A stretch of 60,866 bases of DNA, from assembly GCA_963695875.1 (NCBI GenBank), contig CAVOID010000016.1:1-60866 (forward strand). Direction: 5' to 3'. The translations under genes were made by a program, and so were the position numbers. Under the pieces are notes generated by a model. It was given only the letters and a program-made list of their open reading frames with translations. It did not search any database and was not told the DNA's origin. How positions within the stretch are numbered: the stretch's first letter is position 1; each line of letters opens with the position of its first letter. This DNA comes from an uncultured delta proteobacterium (lineage in GTDB: Bacteria > Desulfobacterota > Syntrophia > Syntrophales > UBA2185). Positions 25,010 to 36,608 of this stretch are shown one piece after another.

Positions 25010-25939
25010 ATGAAAGAGACAAATTACGTTGAGACATTGATCCAAGGCAACCAGTTCCGTTTCGAAAAGTTGGTGCTAACGGGCATTGACAATGAATCTG
25101 TCTTGAAAATACATGAACCTAAGATGGCTGATGAAGAAATCTGTCTATTTCACCGGGACGTGCTTGCCGGTAATGACTATTTTAGAATACTGCACCAAAC
25201 GATAGCCAGGGGGTTGTCGGAGCGGAAGGAGGCACCCATTGTTCGCTTCGCAGACGGGGAATATGCATTTTATAACTACGACCTTAATTGCAATGGCCTT
25301 TATCGCCAGGCTGAATCCGTTGATGCTATCAAGAAAGCGATGCCTTCACACATTGCGGCATTAAAAATCCTGGCTGCATCCGGAAAGCTGGCCCCCCTGA
25401 TTTTTCCCGGAAATATTACCCGCAAGGCAAAGGGCTTGTTTAATCTGTTCCGCAGATCAAAAGATGAGTCGTCCGCTTCCACATTCATGAAGTTTCTCTT
25501 TGGCAACGGGATCGAGCTGACCGCTGAGAATTATATACCTTTCTATGTGGTCTATGCTTACCTCACCTCCGAGGATTTCATGCGCATCGTTGATGATAAA
25601 AAAGTCTGCATTCTTAACTCAGAATTCAACAGAGATTCCTGCGCAAACTGGTTTGCCAGGTTTTCGAGCCGTCCTGGTATTTTCTTCGTAGAAATCCCGG
25701 CCGAATACGTTGCAACGCGCTGGGAGTCTATGAGAGAGAAGATATTAAAACAGATACCACCTGACACTGACCTGTGCCTTGTCGGGGCCGGCATAGGGTC
25801 ACTCCCGGTGTGCGTAGACGTGGCAAGGAGATTCTCAATCCCTGCTGTCGATGCCGGACACGTGCTCAATATGATGAATAACCGGGTAGACAAGTCGAAT
25901 GGAGCAAGACTTTATACCATCAGAAAAACAAAAACCTGA
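25010..25939 (+). CDS. Hypothetical protein with GT-D-fold (DUF1792-like) glycosyltransferase motifs
   Basis: IVRFADGE near the N-terminus and LCLVGAG.G...AVDAGH near the C-terminus. Confidence 0.55.
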   Translation: MKETNYVETLIQGNQFRFEKLVLTGIDNESVLKIHEPKMADEEICLFHRDVLAGNDYFRILHQTIARGLSERKEAPIVRFADGEYAFYNYDLNCNGLYRQAESVDAIKKAMPSHIAALKILAASGKLAPLIFPGNITRKAKGLFNLFRRSKDESSASTFMKFLFGNGIELTAENYIPFYVVYAYLTSEDFMRIVDDKKVCILNSEFNRDSCANWFARFSSRPGIFFVEIPAEYVATRWESMREKILKQIPPDTDLCLVGAGIGSLPVCVDVARRFSIPAVDAGHVLNMMNNRVDKSNGARLYTIRKTKT

Positions 25940-25973
25940 TATTGACCAACTTTAATACCAACTTCCCGTCACG

Positions 25974-27130
25974 ATGAACGACCCGTTTAAAAAATACCGG
26001 CGGCAATTTCGGATCTGGAAAAATGATCGCAGACTGAAGAGGGAACAAAACTATTACGGCGCCAGATTCGCTTCAGCCAAGCTCACTATTCCGGACGATA
26101 AGGCCATCCGGCAGGCTATGAAAAACAAGTTCCCCTCCATACGCCCAAAAGAAAAGGGGACCTTGAAAATTATCGCCATCTATCACCATTACAACTGGGA
26201 AAATGAATCTTTAAGGCCATCGCTTGAAAAATTCGGACAGGTTCGGCATTATGACTGGTTTGAAAACTTTAACCACCAGAAAAAGGACTGGCACAAATCG
26301 ACAAAAGCAACAATGAACAGAGACCTGGTAAAGCGGATGGAACAATGGATAAAACAGGACGCTGCCGATGTTGTCTTTACCTATCTTTCCGGGGAGCTGG
26401 TATCACCGGAAACTGTTCAGGTCTTTACAGGAACTTCGGTGTTCCTTTGGTCAACCTCGCCCTCAACGACAAGGAACATTTTGTAGATAAGATCAGACGC
26501 GGGCAGGCCATGGGCTCCAGAGATATCTGCCGCTACTTCGACATCTGCTGGACGAGTACCGAGGATGCCGTGAAAAAATATTGCGTCGAGGGGGCGATTC
26601 CCCTTTATCTCCCCGAAGGTGCAAACCCGGAAACCCATAAACCATACAATATGGAAAAGACCATCGACGTGTCCTTTGTCGGTCAGTGCTATGGAAATCG
26701 ATCTGAAATCATCAAAAGGCTTGAATCTCGCGGTATTCATGTCGAAGCCTACGGGTATGGTTGGCCCAATGGCCCTCTGACGACGGATGACATGGTACAC
26801 ATGTACTCAAAAAGCAGGATTAACTTGGGCTTCGGAGGTGTCATCGGCCTTAGCAACACTTATTGCCTCAAAGGGAGGGATTTTGAAATTCCCATGAGCG
26901 GAGGTCTTTACCTTACCGAGTACCATCCTGAACTGGATAAATTTTATGACCTTGACTCCGAGATTGTAACCTATAAAGATTTTGATGATCTGGTTGAAAG
27001 AATCCGTTTTCTCTTATCAAACCCCGAAAGGGCCGACGAGACAAGAAAGAAAGGGTTTGAACGCGCACGTCGCGATCATTCCTGGGAGATGCGTTTTGAA
27101 AAGATATTTCAACTGCTGGGATTAATCTGA
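25974..27130 (+). CDS. CgeB-like glycosyltransferase (Glyco_trans_1_2; one frameshift)
   Basis: DVSFVGQCYGNR, YSKSRINLGF, KGRDFEIPMSGG.YLTE and RARRDHSWE.RF motifs. Confidence 0.8.
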
Positions 27131-27155
27131 TTATTGCGGAGTTACTTAAACAATC

Positions 27156-28091
27156 ATGAAGCTTGATACGAAGCAATTTAAAGAAGGTTTGAAATCCGGT
27201 CTTCGAAAAGGATTGGACGGTTTTGTCTGGATAATGGAGATCCTCATCCCTGTTTCTATTTTCACGGCACTCATCGCGTGGAGTGGCTGGTTAAGCAGTG
27301 TGGACTTTCTCCTCCAGCCGATCATGAGTCTTCTCAGCCTGCCTGCCGTGGCCGCCCTACCCCTCCTTATAGGCATGCTGACAAATATATATGGCGGAAT
27401 TGCTGCAATGGCAGTACTGCCATTTTCGAGGGACCAGATGACGCTGATGGCTATCTTTCTTCTCATCGCCCATAATTTGATTCAGGAAGGCGTCGTCCAG
27501 GCAAAATCAGGGATTCATCCCGTTAAGGCTACGTTATTTCGTCTCGCCGCTGCCATGCTCACCGTAATTGCAGTGGCACCGTTCTTTGATATAAACACGA
27601 CTGTACTGGCTACTGAAGGTTACTCACCGGAGACGCACCAGCCCTTTATTGAGGCCATGCAGGAGTGGGGATTGACCACACTCAGCCTCAGTATCAAGAT
27701 ATTTGCTATTATTATGTGCGTCCTGACTTCGTTAGAGCTCCTGAAGACCTTTAACCTGATTAGTCCCATGGTCAAACTGCTTAACCCGCTATTGAAAATT
27801 ATGGGCCTCAACAAAAAGGTGGGGTTCCTCTGGCTCACCGCTGTCATTTTCGGGGTGGCATACGGTGGCGCCGTTATTGTGGAAGAAGTCAGAGCAGGAC
27901 ATTTGTCAAAAGAAGAACTGGAGGAGCTGCATCTCTCCATCGGCATCAATCACGCCCTGGTAGAAGATCCCAGCCTCTTTCTGTCGCTGGGTCTCAGCCC
28001 ATTCTGGCTATGGGTACCGCGAATAATCGTTGCCATCCTGGCAGAGCGGCTTCTTACCATATGGCGGTTTTTTCAGAGAAGACGACGTTAA
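27156..28091 (+). CDS. Nucleoside-recognition (Gate) domain membrane protein
   Basis: Two repeated hydrophobic halves: P.MSLL.LP, NIYGGIA, AHNLIQE, G.AYGG..I.EE and INHALVEDP.LF. Confidence 0.75.
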   Translation: MKLDTKQFKEGLKSGLRKGLDGFVWIMEILIPVSIFTALIAWSGWLSSVDFLLQPIMSLLSLPAVAALPLLIGMLTNIYGGIAAMAVLPFSRDQMTLMAIFLLIAHNLIQEGVVQAKSGIHPVKATLFRLAAAMLTVIAVAPFFDINTTVLATEGYSPETHQPFIEAMQEWGLTTLSLSIKIFAIIMCVLTSLELLKTFNLISPMVKLLNPLLKIMGLNKKVGFLWLTAVIFGVAYGGAVIVEEVRAGHLSKEELEELHLSIGINHALVEDPSLFLSLGLSPFWLWVPRIIVAILAERLLTIWRFFQRRRR

Positions 28092-28167
28092 TTATACTTG
28101 GAAAGATCGCGAGTCATATTGACCCTTTTTTTCGCACGAGTATCCATTGATAAGGAATTGGAAAACT

Positions 28168-28965
28168 ATGGGTGAGATGATCATTCAGATTGACGCATTC
28201 ACAAATCAACCCTTCAAAGGAAATCCGGCGGCTGTCTGCGTCTTGTCACAACAACGCAATGATACATGGATGCAGAACGTGGCACGGGAGATGAACCTTT
28301 CTGAGACTGCATTCCTTGAAAAAAGGGACGATGGCTTTAATCTCCGCTGGTTCACACCGTCTGTCGAAGTGGAGCTCTGCGGACATGCGACCCTCGCCAG
28401 CGCCCATGCCTTGTGGGAAATCGGGTATCTCAGCCTAAAAGACCAGGCGCGCTTTTTCACCAAAAGCGGACTTCTGACTGCCGAATTTAAAAATGGATGG
28501 ATCGAAATGGATTTCCCCGGCGAACCTGAGACCACCATATCACCGCCAGCGAATCTTTCAAAGGCACTGGGGGTCAGCTTCAAATACGCGGGGAAAAATC
28601 GCTTCGACTACCTTGTGGAGATAGATTCAGAGAAAATCCTTCGCCGGATCAATCCTGACTTGTCACTCCTGGCCACGATACCGATGCGGGGTGTCATAGT
28701 CACAAGCCCTTCCATCTCGAAGGAATACGATTTCGTTTCCCGGTTTTTTGCACCTCAGGTGGGTGTCAATGAGGACCCCGTCACGGGTTCGGCGCATTGC
28801 TGCCTTGCACCATACTGGGGAGCCAAGCTAGGCAGGAATGAGATGGTTGGTTATCAGGCCTCATCAAGAGGAGGCATCGTCAGGGTCCGCGTGGCTAAGG
28901 ATCGCGTATACCTCAGTGGACAGGCCGTTACCATCCTGCGCGGGGAGTTGTCCGATCATTGCTGA
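28168..28965 (+). CDS. PhzF family epimerase/isomerase
   Basis: QIDAFT..PF.GNPAAV, EMNLSETAF, LRWFTP..EV.LCGHATLA and SRFFAP..GV.EDPVTGSAHC motifs. Confidence 0.93.
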   Translation: MGEMIIQIDAFTNQPFKGNPAAVCVLSQQRNDTWMQNVAREMNLSETAFLEKRDDGFNLRWFTPSVEVELCGHATLASAHALWEIGYLSLKDQARFFTKSGLLTAEFKNGWIEMDFPGEPETTISPPANLSKALGVSFKYAGKNRFDYLVEIDSEKILRRINPDLSLLATIPMRGVIVTSPSISKEYDFVSRFFAPQVGVNEDPVTGSAHCCLAPYWGAKLGRNEMVGYQASSRGGIVRVRVAKDRVYLSGQAVTILRGELSDHC

Positions 28966-29044
28966 ATGGCGGCTTTGATATATTTTTGAAAAAGTTTCTG
29001 AGAGTGCGAATTAAGATTTTTTCGTCTGCAATTCTTCAATGCCT

Positions 29045-30526
29045 TCATTCTATCTTCCAGATAGTGGCGGTGGGAGTATCCTGGATGATGATCTTTTTCT
29101 CTGCAAGGATACGCCTGATTTCATCGGCTCTCTTCCAGTCCTTGGCCAGCCTGGCGTTTCGCCTTTCTTCAATCAAACGATCGATCTCATTTACATCCAG
29201 GCCCCTTTTTCTGGCTTCCCTGTCCCGATCCTGGGAGAAATAATCATCAGGATCATCAAGGAACAACCCTAAAACCCCCCCTGCTTCTGAGATAGCCCTT
29301 TTAGCTGCATTCAGAACAAAGCACGTCTCAGGACCGATGGAAAATTTATCATCTGCCATGAAACCATTGACATGCCTCACGGTATCGAAAATATATCCAA
29401 TGGCCCTCGGCGTGTTGAAATCATCATCCATAGCGTCTTTAAACTTATCCGGAAGCGATACAAGTCTGTCAAAGATATCCCGGTTATTTCCGGAAATTCT
29501 TTCGGCCGTAATCCCGGACAAATCCCCGCAACCTGTTAATGCCTCTTTGACAGATTTCAGGGTCGCATAAAACCGATCCATACCCATCCTCGCTTCGGAA
29601 AGGGAGTCGCCTGAAAAATCCACGGGGCTCTTGTAATGGCTCTGAAGCATAAAGAGCCTTATTACCTCCGGATGGTAATTTTTCAAAATATCTTTCACAG
29701 TAAAGAAATTGCCGAGCGACTTCGACATCTTTTCACTGCTGACCTTTACAAATCCATTGTAGATCCAGTATTTGGCCAGAGGCTTTCCCGTCGCGCCCTC
29801 CGACTGAGCAATTTCGTTTTCATGATGCGGAAATATTAAATCCTCTCCGCCGCCATGGATGTCAAAAGACTCCCCCAGGAAATGCTGGCTCATGACAGAA
29901 CACTCAATATGCCATCCCGGCCTGCCTCTGCCCCAGGGGCTCTCCCACCATGGCTCCCCTTCTTTACTGGCCTTCCAAAGAGCAAAATCGAGGGGATATT
30001 TTTTTTTCTCGCTCACATCCACCCGGGCGCCGGCCATCATGTCATCCAGGCTCCTGCCCGAAAGCTTCCCGTATCCCTCAAATTTTTCCACCGCGTAATA
30101 TACATCACCGTCGACCTCATAAGCCAAATCTTTATCAAGGAGAATCTTGATCAGGTTTATCATGCCATCGATGTGTTGTGTAGCTCTGGGGGCAACTGTA
30201 GGTCTGACTATCCGAAGTGCATCCATATCTTCATCATGCTCTCTGATATACCGGTCGGATATCTCGGAAATCGTTTTCCCCTCCGAGTTGGCCTTCACGA
30301 TGATTTTATCATCCACATCCGTGAAATTTTTCACATACGTGACAAGATAGCCCCGATACCGGAAATACCGGGTGATGACGTCAAAAACCACGGCTGAACG
30401 GGCATGACCTACATGACAACAATCATACGCAGTAATGCCACAAGCATAGATGCCGACACGCCCCTCACTGAGGGGCTCAAAAACTTCTTTCTTCTTCGTA
30501 AGTGTGTTGTATAACTTTATGGACAT
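29045..30526 (-). CDS. cysS: Cysteine--tRNA ligase
   Basis: YACGIT.YD..HVGHAR, DFALWK, GRPGWHIECS, DIHGGG.DL.FPHHENE and KMSKSLGN motifs. Confidence 0.97.
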   Translation of the reverse strand: MSIKLYNTLTKKKEVFEPLSEGRVGIYACGITAYDCCHVGHARSAVVFDVITRYFRYRGYLVTYVKNFTDVDDKIIVKANSEGKTISEISDRYIREHDEDMDALRIVRPTVAPRATQHIDGMINLIKILLDKDLAYEVDGDVYYAVEKFEGYGKLSGRSLDDMMAGARVDVSEKKKYPLDFALWKASKEGEPWWESPWGRGRPGWHIECSVMSQHFLGESFDIHGGGEDLIFPHHENEIAQSEGATGKPLAKYWIYNGFVKVSSEKMSKSLGNFFTVKDILKNYHPEVIRLFMLQSHYKSPVDFSGDSLSEARMGMDRFYATLKSVKEALTGCGDLSGITAERISGNNRDIFDRLVSLPDKFKDAMDDDFNTPRAIGYIFDTVRHVNGFMADDKFSIGPETCFVLNAAKRAISEAGGVLGLFLDDPDDYFSQDRDREARKRGLDVNEIDRLIEERRNARLAKDWKRADEIRRILAEKKIIIQDTPTATIWKIE

Positions 30527-30559
30527 CAAATCCTTCGGCAACGGGCATGCGACCTCAGA

Positions 30560-31597
30560 CTACGGAAACAGCGACACCATATTAAGTCCGGTATCTTCGC
30601 TGATTCCACACATGAGATTCATATTCTGTATGGCCTGGCCGGATGCACCTTTAATGAGATTATCGATGGTACATATGGCAATAACCCTCTTTGTCCTCCG
30701 GTCAATGGTCAAGCCGATATCGCAGTAATTCGAACCACGGACGGAAGAAATATCTGGAAACGTCCCTTCTTTGTATATCCGGACGAACTTCTTACCTTCA
30801 TAAAATTTCCGGTAGAGATCAACAATATCCATGTCAGTCACATCTTTCCGAAGCGTTGCGTAAATAGTACTTAGGATCCCCCTGCTAATGGGCAGGAGAT
30901 GGGGTGTGAAGGAAATCCTGACATCATGCCCGGCAAGAATACTGATCTCTTGTTCCATCTCCGGCGTGTGCCGGTGCTTACCAACCTTATAAGCCTTGAA
31001 TCCCTCGTCAACCTCACAGAAAAGCGTTCCGACCTGTGGTTCCCTTCCCGCACCACTGACACCTGATTTTGCATCAACGATAATGGAGGTATCGTCAATC
31101 CAATCTGCCTTCAATAACGGGGCAAGACCGAGAATAACACTGGTCGGATAACAACCAGGATTGGCGACCAATCTTGCAGCAGCAATGGCATCCCGGTATA
31201 ACTCCGGTATGCCATACACCGACTCCTTGATAAAATCCGGGGTGGTGTGCCTGCTATACCACTGTTCGTAAACAGAAACATCATGCAGGCGAAAATCGGC
31301 ACTCAGATCAACCACCTTCTTACCAGCCCTCAAAAAAATGGGCACCATATCCATGGAAACACCATGGGGCAGGGCTAAAAAAATAACATCTGCAAGCGCT
31401 GCGATGTCTTCCGGAGATGCATTAATGAAGGCAAGATCGGTCAGGCCGACAAATACAGGGTAAATATCGGAAACTGGAATCCCGGAATATCGCCTAGATG
31501 TTACTGCTACGATTTCGAATTGCCGATGTCTGAGCAGCAATCTTAGAAGTTCCTGCCCCGTGTATCCGCTCGCACCATATATACCTACTTTAAGCAT
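30560..31597 (-). CDS. argC: N-acetyl-gamma-glutamyl-phosphate reductase
   Basis: GASGYTG.EL, DLSADFRL, VANPGCYPT, SGVSGAGR, HRHTPE and DNLIKGASGQA motifs. Confidence 0.97.
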   Translation of the reverse strand: MLKVGIYGASGYTGQELLRLLLRHRQFEIVAVTSRRYSGIPVSDIYPVFVGLTDLAFINASPEDIAALADVIFLALPHGVSMDMVPIFLRAGKKVVDLSADFRLHDVSVYEQWYSRHTTPDFIKESVYGIPELYRDAIAAARLVANPGCYPTSVILGLAPLLKADWIDDTSIIVDAKSGVSGAGREPQVGTLFCEVDEGFKAYKVGKHRHTPEMEQEISILAGHDVRISFTPHLLPISRGILSTIYATLRKDVTDMDIVDLYRKFYEGKKFVRIYKEGTFPDISSVRGSNYCDIGLTIDRRTKRVIAICTIDNLIKGASGQAIQNMNLMCGISEDTGLNMVSLFP

Positions 31598-31631
31598 ACT
31601 TATTACCTATGAAATCAAAGTAAACAAATAT

Positions 31632-31749
31632 TTGAAGATCACCGCAGTAAACTGCGGAGAATCTTCGATCCACAAGGAATAATAATGTTCCCCATTCGCT
31701 CGCTTACCCCGCGGCAAGCGAAGGTGTTTGCGCTCGCTGCCGGATTCAA
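31632..31749 (-). mobile_element. Non-autonomous IS200/IS605-like palindromic mini-element (PATE-like)
   Basis: Bounded by TTGAA...TTCAA. It has a subterminal hairpin GAAGAT-CCGCAGT/ACTGCGG-ATCTTC, a second degenerate CCCCGCGGCAAGC hairpin and a repeated CGCTCGCT; GC-rich within an AT-rich spacer. Confidence 0.55.
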
Positions 31750-31807
31750 GCCATGATTAATGCAATTTGTTTAAGTTTCCTTATACAATAATGTTGTATC
31801 AAACGCC

Positions 31808-31833
31808 AAAAAAAAGGAGGCCGATAAGCCTCC
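31808..31833 (-). terminator. Rho-independent terminator of rplM-rpsI
   Basis: Minus strand GGAGGC-TTATCG-GCCTCC followed by T8, 10 nt after the rpsI stop. Confidence 0.8.
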
Positions 31834-31843
31834 CTGGGAAATA

Positions 31844-32233
31844 TTACCTTTTAGAAAATTGGAAGCGCTTCCTTGCTCCCGGTTGGCCGTATTTTTTTCT
31901 TTCCTTAATGCGCGAATCTCTCGTTAAAAATCCCGCCTTTTTGAGAGCAGACCGCCATTCCATATCGTATTCCACAAGTGTTTTAGCTATGCCATGCTTT
32001 ATCGCTCCCGCCTGTCCGGCTATACCGCCACCCGACACATTAACAAAAAAATCAAACTTATTCCTTGCCCCCACAATTTCAAGAGGTTGCATTATGAGCA
32101 TTTTAAGGCTATCCCTTGTGAAATAATCATCAAAATTCCTTTTATTAACTGTCAGATTTCCGCTGCCTTCCTTCATATATACTCTGGCTATGGCATACTT
32201 TCTTTTTCCTGTCGCATAACAACGTTTTTCCAT
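31844..32233 (-). CDS. rpsI: 30S ribosomal protein S9
   Basis: [15 protein letters not shown] and [19 protein letters not shown] motifs. Confidence 0.98.
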   Translation of the reverse strand: MEKRCYATGKRKYAIARVYMKEGSGNLTVNKRNFDDYFTRDSLKMLIMQPLEIVGARNKFDFFVNVSGGGIAGQAGAIKHGIAKTLVEYDMEWRSALKKAGFLTRDSRIKERKKYGQPGARKRFQFSKR

Positions 32234-32313
32234 TAAATTTCTCTCCCTATCACGTTCAAATATGAGAATTTTGCTAAGTATTCAACATCACTGTTCAAAG
32301 AAACCATATTGTT

Positions 32314-32742
32314 TTATAACTTTATTGTCTGAGGGCACTGGGCCTCGTGGGGGTGATCATTTCCTATGTAAATCTTGAGCTTTTTCAGCATTTTCCTCCC
32401 TAACGAATTTTTTGGGAGCATCCCCCTGACGGCATAAAGCAAAACCTTCTCCGGATCGTCTTTTAACAGTTTCCCTGTATATGTCTTCTTCAAACCACCC
32501 GGGTAACCGGAATGATGATAATAGACCTTGTCCGACAGCTTTTTGCCTGTAAGGGAAACCTGCTCGGCATTAACAACAATCACAAAATCCCCCGTATCCA
32601 CATACGGTGTATAAATGGGTTTGTGCTTGCCCCGCAGGCGTCTCGCTATCTCACTGGCAAGTCTGCCCAGAATACGCCCCTGGGCATCGATGAGATACCA
32701 GTTTCTGATAATATCCTCTTTTCTTGCATTATATGTCTTCAT
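32314..32742 (-). CDS. rplM: 50S ribosomal protein L13
   Basis: LGRLAS..A..LRGKHKP.YTP.VDTGD and HSGYPGGLK motifs. Confidence 0.98.
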   Translation of the reverse strand: MKTYNARKEDIIRNWYLIDAQGRILGRLASEIARRLRGKHKPIYTPYVDTGDFVIVVNAEQVSLTGKKLSDKVYYHHSGYPGGLKKTYTGKLLKDDPEKVLLYAVRGMLPKNSLGRKMLKKLKIYIGNDHPHEAQCPQTIKL

Positions 32743-32775
32743 AAAGCCACCCAAGTATCAAAAATGTAACAGTGA

Positions 32776-32804
32776 AAGTTACGAAATTTCAAAATATTTG
32801 TCAA
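32776..32804 (-). promoter_or_regulatory. Sigma70 promoter of rplM-rpsI
   Basis: Minus strand TTGACA-17bp-TAACTT, about 34 nt upstream of the rplM ATG. Confidence 0.6.
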
Positions 32805-32838
32805 GAAAAAACATGCAGCCCTGTCGAAGTATATGGCC

Positions 32839-35119
32839 TTACTGTCCTCCGAACTTACCAAGCCCGTAAAGAGAGAAGGCCACCGTAAAGCTCTTATCAT
32901 TAAAGGATTCAGAATACTTTACCTCGATGCTCCAGCACTGCTTGTGATAATTAAAACCAATCGTGTTTTCCACGGCATTATTATTAAATTGGTCTTGTCT
33001 CAGAACATAGAGTAAATCGACGGATTTTGTAATCACAGCCTTAATGGAAAGGTTGATTTCTTCGAGAGGAGCTGCGGTATATAGATACGGGTAAAAAGGC
33101 TATGTTAGAGGCGGAAGCGTTTATTCCGTTAATAGTCGAGAAATGAGCGCTGGTGTATCGATACCCCACTGTCGCCGTATCTCCCCGCCAGTCACTTATG
33201 TTCAAATCATAATTGGTTTGGTCCCAACTGTTTGAATATAGATTATATTTGTTGCGGGCCGAAAATGATAGATATTTAACAGGCTTGACATCGAGTTCAA
33301 TATCAACGTCACTGAACGGCCTTTTGTCTATGAGAGCTCCGGTGGCCGGATCGAACTTGTCGCCCCTTTTTGCTTCATTGAAATCATACGTCTGGGACAG
33401 CTTGAGGCGAAGTAATTCAAGGTAACTGCCGCCGCCTCCCTTTTCCTTCGATTTCGCCACAAGCGTGTTGGTCAGTGCGTATGTAAGGGTGTTTTGGTCA
33501 GGTATCACTGTCGCAAAATTAGGGACATTATCCTGATTGACATTCGGAATATAGGTGTATGTTAATTCCGGCTGGATACCATGCCTTATTTTTTCGATCT
33601 CCTGACCGCCTATATTGAATATTCTATGGATCTCAGTCGTAGCGTGCGCCCCGGTAGTGTATATAATCCTATTGTCATGCTTATTTTGAGACCGTATCAA
33701 GATTGTCATTCCGATCCCATAATGTTTCCTTCACTCCTATCTGAGGCGTTAGCTTGAGATAGTCGCCCATGCGCAGTGGCATGGTCAGAACCGGCTGAAC
33801 ATCGTAAAGATGTCCCTTTTGTCCTTCATTTGTGTAAAAATAATCATAAGTTGCATCAAACTCCAAATTAAGGGGAGTGCCAAAGATGGGGCGCTTTATC
33901 CCTTTCAGGGTAATTTCAGGATATTTCTGTAGAGTTAAGTCATTTGATGCGCTTGCAAAATCATCAGTATAGCGGACAAGGGCAGTCAGGTTGTACAATT
34001 GCCAATTTTTAACCAGACGGGCTGTCGAATCGAGAGAGCCAAGAGATTCATCACCGACAAAGGGAACTTTTCTAAACCTCTGTGCTTCACTTGTTGAATA
34101 GTTATCAAGATAGTAATTATGCGAAGAAAAATCTCGGAAATACCATGCATCAGAAACCTTTCGGATATCAGTTCTGAAGATAAAATGAAGGGTCGAAAGT
34201 AGTCTCATGATTCAGGTAGTATGACCATCGCTTATGGTCGGACTGCCAGTCTCTGCTTACATTTCCCGTCTGTTTCATTAACACGCCAGGCATCATTCAT
34301 AAAGTCGCCATAAAAGGTGCCAAAGGAGTTGTTACCGATGAAGTATCTGAATTCAACCCCTTCTTTAAATCCCCTCTTATCCATATAGCGCTGATAAAAT
34401 GTCGCATCTGTACTCTCTGAAATCGCCCAGTAAAAGGGAAGTCTCGATATCCCAGCCTAACTTATTCTCAGAATAGTTAAGATAGGGAAAAAGGAAACCT
34501 GATTGTCTGGTTGTCTTCGCAGGAAACAATAAATAGGGAGTATAAAAAACGGGGATGTTTTTGGCCAGAAACTCACCGTGTTTAAGGGTTCCATACCCGT
34601 CCATGGTTACATCCAGTTCTCTACCCGTCAATCGCCAGTCCGGTGAATCTCCATCACAGGTTGTTGCGGTGGCATCTTTTATATTGTATGTCGCCTCACC
34701 TTTTTTTTCAATTCTTGATCCTGATATATAAAAATGATTCCTCTCAAGAAACATCTTGCCTTCATAAGCGACACCTGTCTTAGATTCAATGTTGAATTCC
34801 ACCTTGTCTCCCTCGAGAATATCGTTGTCACTTATAATCATGACAAACCCTTCAGCAGTCGCCTCATTCGATGTCTTGTTCAGGCTCACAGACTCAGCCA
34901 TGAGGAGACCCCCGGAATAGGTTATAACGACATTTCCTTTTGCGTAATAGGTATCATCATTCTGGTCATAGGAGATACTGTCTGCTTCAATTGTCACCGG
35001 TCCCTTGGAAATATCGATTTCAGCAGCAATTAAATCGTATACCGGAATAAAACAGAGAAAAAAGATTAAACCGATTTTAAGAGGCAGTCGCCTTTCCTAT
35101 AAATAAATAGTGTCTTCAT
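32839..35119 (-). CDS. lptD: LPS assembly outer-membrane protein LptD (multiple frameshifts)
   Basis: Signal-peptide-like N-terminus, PVTIEADSISY, TTCD..PDW, PVFYTPY..FP....RQSGFL.P motifs, and beta-barrel C-terminus Y..QCWS...FSLYGLG. Confidence 0.85.
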
Positions 35120-35287
35120 CTCTACTTAAGGGACTTTCCACAACCTCTAGAAGTTCATAATCTATACAAACCACATTCCTGGTACCAAGCCGTTTCTGAT
35201 GACCAAGGAATCTAATCAGCCTGAAACTTGTTCCGCAAAGTAAAAATGCAATATTATTAAATCCTGCCAAAGACTATGTCACAGGTC

Positions 35288-36566
35288 TCAATTCATGATT
35301 TGGGATTCATTACTGCATGATGAAAATGCCCGCTTAATCTCACCAACAAGATATAGGGAGCCTGTTACACAGATAAGATCATCCTGATCGGCCATGGATA
35401 ATGCCCGCTTCAGGGCTTCACAAGAGTTTCCCACGACCTCGATTCGCTTCTGGTACGATTTGTGCAGCCTTCACTATTGCCTCCGGAGGCATCGTTCTTA
35501 CTGTATCCGGTCTTGTGACAATCAGCCGATCCGCAAGCGGGAACAGCTTTTTCAACATTGTTTTGTAGTCCTTATCTTTTAGAACACCAAAGACGAGGAT
35601 TAACTTTCGGTAGGCAAATTCCTCTCTCAGTGCATTGGAAAGGACAGTTGCACCATCCGCGTTATGAGCACCATCCACGAGAACCATTGGGGCATGCTGA
35701 AGGATCTCTAAGCGACCTTCCCATTGCACATCCCGAATACCCGTAAAAACGGCATCGTCATTAACTTCAAATCCCTTCATTGCTATATACTCAATTACAC
35801 CAATAGCCAGGGCGGCATTTTCAATCTGATGTCTCCCTTTCAAAGGACAAACGAGATCGCGATATCTTTTTCTTATGCCACTATAAGAAAATGAACCATT
35901 ACGTCGTACATCGACCTTTATTTCCCCCCCTACTCTGTATAATTCTGCCCCTCTCTTGCGGCATATATCTTCCAGAAACTCATAGATGCGTCTTTGCTTC
36001 ACCGCGGTGATACATACCCCACCATCCTTAATTATGCCGCCTTTCTCCCAGGCAATGTCTTCCAGGCGATTCCCGAGATATTCCTCATGATCATGGGAGA
36101 TATTGGATATGACGGATACCAAGGGTGTAACCACATTGGTTGCATCAAGTCTGCCCCCCATTCCTACCTCCATAACTGCCACATCCACGCTTTTCTGACG
36201 AAAATAGAGAAAAGCAACGGCAGTAAGAAATTCAAAGTAGGTTATATTTTCCGTAGACTGTTTCTTTACTTCTTCTATCCATTCAACCATCTCTTTCGGG
36301 GAGATCATGTTTCCATCTACTTTTATCCGCTCCCGGACATCAATCAGGTGGGGAGATGTATACAGACCAACACGAAAACCACCGCGGGACAGGACTGATG
36401 CCACCATAGCCGCGATGGAGCCTTTTCCATTGGTTCCGCCGATTAAAATGGTCTCGTATTCATTCTGGGGATTGTTCAGACGATTTAAGAGTCGCGAGAT
36501 AGGACCAAGTCCAAAACGAATATCAAAACTTTTTAATCCATGGAGATGTTCAAGAGGATCTTGCAT
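35288..36566 (-). CDS. folC: Folylpolyglutamate synthase/dihydrofolate synthase (C-terminal frameshift)
   Basis: GTNGKGS, GLYTSPHL, EVGMGGRLDATNV, W.GRLE and DGAHN motifs; manual C-terminus ICVTGSLYLVGE. Confidence 0.95.
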
Positions 36567-36608
36567 GCAACTCGCGTATTGATTGTGTGTGGCCTTCTCA
36601 CTAAAAAG

